The notes under the pieces: model-generated
What the model was told of the DNA's origin: nothing
Database searches by the model: none
What the model saw: the letters and a program-made list of their open reading frames with translations, nothing else
NCBI GenBank assembly: GCA_000708835.1
Contig: DF237108.1
Span: 100,668-164,667 of the forward strand
Direction: 5' to 3'
Source: Klebsormidium nitens
Taxonomy: Eukaryota > Plantae > Klebsormidiophyceae
Length of the DNA: 64,000 nt
Translations under genes and position numbers: made by a program
Part shown: positions 57,101 to 64,000 of the stretch, piece after piece
Layout of the letters: every line of letters starts with the position of its first letter
How positions within the stretch are numbered: position 1 is the stretch's first letter

Positions 57101-60100
57101 TTTCCAAAGTACAATCGCTCAATAACAAACATGTGCAACGCCGTCCCTTCTCGTGTAGGCAGTGGCCCGTCGTGATGGAGAGGACAATTCATTTAGCGAG
57201 CATGCTAGAGAGTGATTCGGACGCTGCCAGTGTTTATCCGGACGCTCACTTCGTACCTTGTAGGGCTTGCGGACACCCAAAATGTAACCAAAGTAACTCA
57301 GGACTGCTGAACGGGTCTCTGAGACGCTCAAGGCAGTGTTCGGACGCTCACCACGCATCGCTGGAGCGTGTTTCGGACGGTGATCTTGCGGACGTACGAG
57401 TTGGCGTGGCTGCGGCAGATGTGGAAGTGAATCGGGTAACGCCCCAGCTGTCCTTGTTGGCCCATGTACGCCAGTTCCACGCCCTCGATGAACTGGGGCG
57501 TCGCGGTCGCATACACGATGAAGTGCCCCCCTGGAAAAGTAAGATATAGAGTCCTCCTTTATGGCAATCCTGCGGCATGCCAACGTTTGCAGGGGTGACA
57601 GTTCAACAATGTTTGAGCTGTCCTTGTTGCCCCATAAACGCCAATTCCACGCCCCTCGATGTACTTGGGGGCTGGCAGTAGCGTACACTATGAAATGCCC
57701 CCCTGAAAAACAAAAGGTACAAGGTGTTTGTCTTGCCGATTATGAGGGCGCGTCGCTTTGGTTTCCGAGTACTGAGATTGTGGGGGTGGACAGTAACGCA
57801 CACCAAGTCCGAGCTGTCCTTGCTGACCCATGAAAGTAGTTCCACGCTCTCTATGAACTGGGGGGCGGCCGTGGCATCTAAGATGAAGTGGCCCCCTGCA
57901 GTTAAAAAAGACCCGGGGTTCTCATTCTGGTTCTTTTTGCGGCACGTCGCTGCGGCTCCAAACACCAATAACTGCAAGGCTGACAGTAACGTATGAATAA
58001 TTCTGACCTCTCCTTTCTGGCCGTTGTGATCTAACACGACGCCCTCGGTTAATGGGGGGGTAGCAGTACCATGAAGTGCCCCCCTTCTGGAAGAACAATT
58101 CGACCTCTGTGTTTTCTGATAAGGCAATCTGGAGGCGCATCACTTGAGCTGCATCTACAGTCAACTGGGGGATGGCAGTGACATATGCGATTAATGGCCC
58201 TGTGGATGAAAATAAGACGTACAACTGTCGCGCACTCCAAGATAGATTCCGTGACCTGTGAAAGCGTGGGGCATAATACAATCCATGCAAAGAGGGGTCA
58301 ACGTAAGTTGGGACCATTGCGGACGACGCTGATGAGAGGGATGACGTGGCGAGGTTTAAGGTTTTGAACCGGGGCTTCTCAAATGATGATTGGTCGAAAG
58401 AAAGCCTAGCTCAGGCTTTCGCTCCTAAAGTTCGCCACGTCACCCGTTCCACAGCGTCCCCGGCCCCGTGCCAAAACGACTGACTCTTCTTGAAGCCGCT
58501 CATGCAGATAAGCCCAGGGTTTGTAAACTCCGCGAATGGCCCTACGATGCTTTTCAGGGGGCGTCTACGTCAGCTTCACCACCCCACGTGATCACGTACA
58601 ACATAAGAACGGCTCCCAAGCTTTGCGTATGATCGAAGGGCTTACCAACGAGGGGGCGGCCACTTTCACGCTGGCCCTGAATGTAAATGTTCCTCGTCAG
58701 CAGGGCGACCTCCGCCTTCTGGAACAGCAGCCTCCCGGGCGCCCCCGACTCCATGTCGTCGCCCCAGTGCATGTAACGCAACGGGGGGGTGAAGGTCAGG
58801 GTGTAAGCTCCCCCCGGTCCTGACAAGAGGCGACGGGAGCGGTGAGCAAAGTACTATTGTGCTGCTGTGAGAACGAGTGACGGGTCAAAGTCGGGTTGCA
58901 GTTTTTCAAGATTCCTAGCAGCGGCAATCAAAGGCTCGAAGAAAGAATGAGCAAGCCCTGAAACTGCGGAAACGGCTACTCCAGAGAGCCAACAGAAGGG
59001 CTGCAGAAGGATCAAAGCTCCGTCGCAGATCCTTTCCACGAAGCAACAGATTGAAACCTATGGCAGACCATCTAAGCGCAAGACATCCAAAGCGAAGAGA
59101 AGCAAACCTCGATGCAAAGATCCACCACTGCTACAGAGGGGTTCGCCGCCATTGGATGATATGCGTGACGTCAGCATCACGCGCAACACCAGCATCATTT
59201 GAGAAACGTCCAGTGAGGGTAACCGCCTCCGCCTCTCTTCTGTCGAAGTTTCTTCCCCCTTTTTTTTCTTTCTTTTCCCTTCGTCACATAAATACGATTG
59301 GAAACCAAACCTCACGATTATATCGTGCGACTCCCTACACCTAATTACCGCAAAGATATTCGTCATGCAAATTTTATCATTGTCTTTGAATCCACAAGAC
59401 CGAAACCCGCTCACCGGAAGTGATATTGGCGATCGTGACCGTCTCCGCCTGCTCCATGTCGTAGTCCGTTGACGCAATCGCGACCCGGCCGCCAATCGGC
59501 CACTTGCTGACGTCAGTATCCACCTGGATGCTGGTCGCGTTTTTTCGCGCAGTCGCTGAGAGGTGCACCCAAGTCGGCGTCTGAGAACCGCCGGGCATTC
59601 CGTGCAGGTTGACCTGTCCTCCGACCTGCAAAAGATCGTCATACTAGTTGTTCAGACTGGGCAGAAAAGGATCGTTGTACTAGTTGTTGAGATTTGCGAG
59701 AAAAGATTCTGATCTTCGAGGAAAACGTCTGGCACACTGGAGGATTGGGAAGCACCGGGCATTCCGTGCAGGTTTAACCTGTCCTCCGACCTGCGAAAAA
59801 GCGTCATACCTAGTCGTCAAAACGGATGGGAGGAGAACTTGGACAACTTTCGGCGAGCCCCCTGGCTTATAATCGCAGGGGATCGACAATGAACTTCGAC
59901 GGCAGGACCATTCTGACCGTCGATTTGCCTGGGTGATAGCCTAAGGCCCCTCAAAGCTTGGCCGGGAGTCCGCATTCTCCTTCCCTCTTCTCTCAGGACC
60001 GAGCGGAACAGTTCTATCTCAAAAGAAAACGTCTGGCACACTCGGAGCCCGAGAACCGCCGGACATGCCGTGCAGGTTGGCCTGTCCTGTCAACCTGTGA

Positions 60101-62037
60101 AAAAAGCGTCATACTAGTTGTTCAAAGAAAGCGTCCGGGATCTGAGAGCTGCGGGCATATCTTGCAGATTGACCTGTCCTCCGAACTGCGAAGGACCATT
60201 TTACTGGTTGACAAACCTGGGCATGTTGAAGTCTGCTCCTCAAAGAAAGCCGGGCATCCCGTGCAGATCAACCTGTCACCCAACCTGCGAAGATCCGCCA
60301 TACCTAGTTCTTGAGAAAATCTGATATTCTCCAACACAACAAAGACCCAACAGAGCAGACCGACAAAAGCCCGACGCTGTTCCCCATACAATCTCGGAAA
60401 CCTACATCTACTACAGCGCCAATATACTTATTAGAAGGCAACTCTAGACTGGTTTCTAGCAGGGTGGAACAGGACGTTTGTTGTCAGAATCCGTACAAAC
60501 AGAAGGACAAACGAAAGGGCGAAAACAAAAAAACGTACCACTGCAAACACCTTCTCCCCAACACTTTGTAGAGAGCCGTTAAACGCGGGGTAGCTGACGT
60601 ACTGCTCCTGGGTCCCATTGGAGAACAGGGTGATGTTCACTTTGTTGGAGAATTGCTGCGCCGGGGTGCCGATGGTCAGCTGACCGAAGACGACGATTGC
60701 AGTTGCGTTGATCGAGATGAGAGGCAAGCTGGGGTCATCAAGAAACCTGCAAAGATTGCTGAGATGCACTGCTTGCCTGGGGTCTCAGGAACTAGCGATT
60801 GTGCAAAGGCAACGCGTGCATTTGTTCAAAACGAAAGTGATCAACGTGGTTTCAAGCTCGTTTACGGAAACGGTGGAGAAGAGACATCTGAGGGGGAGTG
60901 GGGATCTTAAACCCCAGATCAGAAGTCAAGCCGCTTCGGTTGAGTCACCTTGACAGGCGGATGAAACGCATTAGAAAACACGTCGCAGATAAGGCCGACG
61001 AAGAATTGACCTTCACATATTTGGTTGAGGCGAACCTTCTTCACCACTCTGGGTACGCCATACCATAACCAGATTGACAAAGATGTTGTGTAGCAGATAG
61101 GGCAACGAACCCCTCAACCAACCTATCAACCAGAAGGATGACGACCCAGTCAAGATCCATCTTGAGCGCAAGATACATCACATCATTCTTGATGATGCGG
61201 AGTGTATGGGAGGTGGATGTATGCTCCACTACTCACTTGAGATGTCCGCTGACGTTCAACAGCCCCAGATTGAGGCTCGGCCGATCTAGAAGGATTGATT
61301 GGCCGCATGGGATGACCACGTTTGCTGGTTTGGACGGGTCCACTCCAGGGACTACTCCATTCGGCCAGGTGCTGATGTCGCTCCACCGCACAAAAGCTAG
61401 AGACCAAAAGGAGCTTCAATTTGAGCTCAGACTCGGCCCAGACTCACACTTAACACGGAGTGTACATACTCTCTGCCATGCCTTCCTTTATGCTAGATGA
61501 ATATATCGCTTCTGCTGTTGCTGGCACTTGTAAATCGGAAGCTTTGCTCACATGTGTGGCTGACGGTTTGAGCCAAGTGCCAAGTAAGACTCGAACAGGA
61601 TAGCTGCAGCTGGTTCAGTCCTCCAAAAGCTCAGTGTCTGATTGCAGGATATTGGAACTTTTTGAATGCATCTTTTTATAAAACAGTGATACTGGACACC
61701 AATGGCACTGAACGGGCACGTTCCTGATTACAGTCAGTCTAATCAGCCATCTTTAGTTCCAGTGAGGTGAAAAGAAGAGTGTAGTTCCAGTAGTGAAAAG
61801 AAGAGTGGAAGTGTTCTTGTGCACTCGGAACTTATATAAACAGAAGGACTCGTCCTTCCTTCACTTACTTTCAGTAGAGGGACCCTTGAAGGGGCACGTC
61901 GACGAAACAGCGTCCCCTAAAGCTCCATACCCCGTCTTGAAGCTGATTGCAACCACTAGCAATAAAAGTGCTGTCTTCAAGGGACTGCCCCGACGCTCCA
62001 CACTGGGGTCGCCCCATAAAAAGCATGGCTGTGTCAT
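45193..62037 (-). CDS. Secreted/surface G8-domain, right-handed beta-helix protein (PKHD1L1/CEMIP/TMEM2-like), ~16 exons, roughly 1200 aa
   Basis: Signal-peptide-like exon ~62037-61869 (LKTALLLLVVAISF...TCPFKG). G8 start ~61397-61235 (FVRWSDISTWPNGVVPG...VVIPCGQSILLD). Then 60746-60539 (INATAIVVFGQLTIGT), 59625-~59412 (GGQVNLHG...PTWVHL...WPIGGRVAIASTDYD), ~58822-58629 (AEVALLTRNIYIQG), 57530-~57347 (GVELAYMGQQGQLGRYPIHFH), 56887-~56618 (RCVVVHGTDDLLIEENVAFNSTGHCYMTEDGVE...FWMANANNTLVNNAAGGS), 55716-55467 (FENNTAHS), 54230-53974, ~53426-53270, 52102-~51559, 50444-50307, ~49287-49121, 48190-~47935, 46976-~46693 and 45384-45193. Junction phases are mutually consistent where checked. Confidence 0.88.
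45330..45545 (-). repeat. Echo of the last-exon acceptor of the G8 gene (112-bp period)
   Basis: tgtgatgacgtcatc...gtgtccacacctctgtctgcac cttccgccacgccgcc...cgaccgcc versus the real tgtgttgacgtcatc...gtgtccacctctgcttgcag|gctccttacgccccgcc...cgaccgcc. Confidence 0.75.
46960..47460 (-). repeat. ~5 degenerate ~65-120 bp copies of the intron 3' end at the 46976 acceptor
   Basis: The plus-strand motif gaacggaacacgtcttgat recurs at ~46985 (real), 47115, 47182, 47243, 47312 and ~47432. Confidence 0.8.
48100..48545 (-). repeat. Two highly similar ~170-bp copies of the 48190 acceptor plus exon start
   Basis: ccag|gtactgcgagcttccgaccga at 48190 (real), 48358 and 48533. Confidence 0.93.
48925..49200 (-). 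repeat. Donor-side echo of the ~49121 exon end (~190-bp period)
   Basis: gagcaccgccttaagtagcgggcaccggggcagcctttccg versus the real gagcaccgtctatcaagtaccgggcaccggagcggcctttccg. Confidence 0.75.
50400..51045 (-). repeat. Three ~180-230 bp echoes of the 50444 acceptor
   Basis: cag|gttgcagacggagtgtcaatc (real) versus cag|gctgcaaacggagtgtgaatc (50621), cag|gttgcagaccgagtgtcaatc (50809) and cag|gccgcaaaggagtgtca (51038). Confidence 0.8.
52095..52350 (-). repeat. Three ~70-100 bp degenerate repeats upstream of the 52102 acceptor
   Basis: Plus-strand gtggaagcctgatg(g/a)ctcgg at ~52166, 52236 and 52325; atcaggcgc recurs at ~52127 and ~52286. Confidence 0.65.
54185..54710 (-). repeat. Five ~90-bp echoes of the 54230 acceptor
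   Basis: Plus-strand gtggcgtttcggaaggagacccattgcgagttgtgcgggaagactctgaaggt at 54187 (real), ~54285, 54370, 54467, 54555 and 54650, separated by ttacga(g)tctc spacers. Confidence 0.92.
55650..56180 (-). repeat. Six-unit 96-99 bp array around the 55716 acceptor with a conserved CTGACGTCA core
   Basis: ctgacgt(c/a)a starts at 55654 (real exon), 55753, 55850, 55948, 56045 and 56141. Confidence 0.88.
56830..57180 (-). repeat. Echoes of the 56887 acceptor and exon start
   Basis: cag|gtggtgcatcgcacaaccgacctccgtgtcgaac...gacaggccactg (57044) versus the real cag|gtcgtccacggcacagacgacctgcttatcgaag...gacgggccactg. A further fragment acgggccactgcctacacgag lies at ~57150-57170. Confidence 0.7.
57450..58095 (-). 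repeat. Three ~170-190 bp echoes of the 57530 acceptor
   Basis: cag|gggg(g)c(a)cttcat...gcgtggaa...caaggacagct at 57530 (real), 57702, 57895 and ~58087. Confidence 0.88.
59580..60310 (-). repeat. Four echoes of the 59625 acceptor (VGGQVNLHGMPG exon start)
   Basis: Plus-strand ccgggcattccgtgcaggttgacctgtcctccgacctgc at 59590 (real), ~59755, 60058, 60152 and 60250, each followed by atac(c)tagt. Confidence 0.9.
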
Positions 62038-63269
62038 TGGACTGCTCTTCTCGCGTAGCTCTGCTAGAAAGGGCAGTCAAGATGCAGAATGATGGTTGCG
62101 GGGTCTAGGAGTCCTGGAAAGATAAATAAGAGACGAGATGAATTATGGAGTAGGCACTTGACCGGCTTTTTGAAAGGAGAACTAGTTGGCTTGACTTTCA
62201 CACAACCTCCTCCTTCGCTGTATTGCATGTGGCGGAGCGGGGACTCTGATACGGCCGTCCTGAACCGGCCTGTCAACATTGAACTTTGCACTGACTTGCA
62301 TCCAACAGTGACAGAACTATGTCAGAATCACCAGAAGTGGGTTAAGATACGCCGACGTTCAGGATTTCTTTGTACTTTGAACTTCAGGGATAAGCAGAGC
62401 CCCAGTATCAAATATCAAGGTCCTCTGGCAGCATCCCCCAAGATCTTTACTCATCAGTGCTGGAAAAGCAATCGTCTGAGCCACTTTCTTAACCTTTTAC
62501 TGGTTAAGAAAATGCAATCGCGCAAAGCAGTGACCTACAGAGCTACATGCAAACAACACCAATTAAGCAGATCGATCCACATTCGCCAGCACAGTGAGAA
62601 CAGTCTACACTATGTTTGTTTAAACAATGACTACGGATTCACATAAAAGCTGCAACAATGACGGGCTAAGAAGGTTGCTCTCGGATTCTCGTATCCATCG
62701 CATACTTCTGTTGACTGGGTGAAGCACAAAGCAGAGCATAACTCCTATGTCCAAAAATACCTCGCAGCTTTGAAGACCATATACGGTCTGCAAAGCGAAT
62801 GAAATCATGGAAGACCAGCACAAATGCATCCACTGACTGTTCACTGATCAGGTTCAATGATCGTCGACCCAAGAAGAAGACTAAGGATTCGAGAATGGGG
62901 ATCATATGAGCAGCTCTGGCCTGATCGAACCAAAAAGAAGCTCTAAAGCAGTTGGAGACGGAGAAGCATCAATAGGCAAGAAACCCAGGTTGCTCAAGCT
63001 TTTGGGATCAGCCAGGATCTTATGGAAGGAGCTTATGGAACACACCTAACCTATAAGGGTCACTTTGTCATCACACGTTCACTGATTATTTGCTAGTCAC
63101 ATCAACTGACCTCGCAAAAAGGTGACGCTATGGATTCATTAGCAACTTGAGCCTCCATTGAACCCCACAGAAGGCTTGATCCATCCAGCTTGTAAGCATT
63201 GGGTTCTTGTAATGCAGAAGCATCCTAAAAACATAAACCCATGAGGCACAAGCATCCAGGATCAAACAC

Positions 63270-63764
63270 TTTCCACCACCAACGTTCTGCAATCAGTGCA
63301 GCACTCTTCCATGCCAAGTTTTGCTCTCCGCTGCAGAAGTCAGATCAAAAGAGTTTCTTCTTGAACTTTCCAACCGATTCAAAAAACTCACCTTCATGCG
63401 CAGATTGTCTCCGGTGAAGAGCATCAATGCATTCCAGCTGATTCAGTCTCCGCTGCACCGTAGAAAACCAAAGGATGTGACCCCTCAATCCCCTCGAATC
63501 TAGTGGCTTGCTTTCCTGGTCATCACAACAAGTACTCTTCTTCCAAGCCACTCGTGACCACCAATCCAGATCAGCTTCTCGTCTCTTCCCCGACTCTGCC
63601 AATGCACGACTGACTTTCAGCTGGCAGATTGGACTGAAGTGCCAATAATTGGCAGGCATACGACAGCATCTTTGAATGGTGGACTCCCTCCAAATGGCGG
63701 GCCGAAGGGATTCCTTTGCTGACAGCTCGCCTGTTAGGTCTAACCTGACCTGCAGGGCAGCCAT
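63270..63764 (-). other. Possible spliced transcript or gene remnant of unknown nature
   Basis: A 139-aa ORF with no recognisable family is followed by a canonical-looking ~60-nt intron (GAAG|gtgagt...ctgacttctgcag|). No reading frame extends far after splicing. Confidence 0.2.
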
Positions 63765-64000
63765 AGCTGGTGCAGAGCGATGTTTCTAACCCAAGCGCCC
63801 CCTGTCAGCTCGACGTGGAGAGCTTATAAGTGCTGCTCAGCTAGCTGGGAGCGTAAATGGCGCTGAGGGGACAAGCCGCCTGTCCCTGGACCAGCAACTA
63901 GAATTGGGGATGATTCTGTTTTCAAGACCTTGCAAAGAGAGAACCGGTCACACTGCCGTTTTCCAAGTGCGCACTTCAGGTTTTCTACCCCGAGCTCAAA

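Noticed and set aside
62089-62646. 185-aa plus-strand ORF
   Set aside because: No recognisable motifs, and it occupies the likely G8 promoter region on the opposite strand.
1-64000. tRNA, rRNA, snRNA genes and autonomous transposons
   Set aside because: No recognisable signatures (no tRNA arms, snRNA 5' motifs, or RT/integrase/transposase motifs) were found by eye. A covariance-model and repeat search would be needed to exclude divergent ones.

Overview
This is a gene-dense, intron-rich eukaryotic region with GC-rich exons. The gene set suggests a streptophyte (charophyte) green alga such as Klebsormidium; that is an inference. I could reconstruct ten spliced protein-coding genes by hand: a BELL-class TALE homeobox gene (-), a VAMP71/VAMP7 R-SNARE (-), the ILP1/GCFC spliceosome-disassembly factor (+), MUB (-), RTF2 with an N-terminal ubiquitin-like domain (+), a CoA-carrier-like SLC25 (-), a PDZ-like predicted plastid protein (+), a second SLC25 carrier (-), a bacterial-type ADP-ribosylglycohydrolase (+), and a ~17 kb gene for a G8-domain/beta-helix surface protein (-). 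I found no rRNA, tRNA, CRISPR array or intact transposon. The most striking unexplained structure is in the introns. In at least five genes, and in most introns of the G8 gene, they contain decaying tandem 'echo' copies (unit ~20-200 bp, 1-7 extra copies) of the adjacent splice junction, i.e. intron end + AG + exon start, or exon end + GT + intron start. Many echoes keep intact splice signals, and echoed acceptors appear enriched for AG|GT, which hints at splice-site-centred duplication tolerated by recursive or skip splicing. All exon coordinates and counts are from manual reading and may be off by a few bases.
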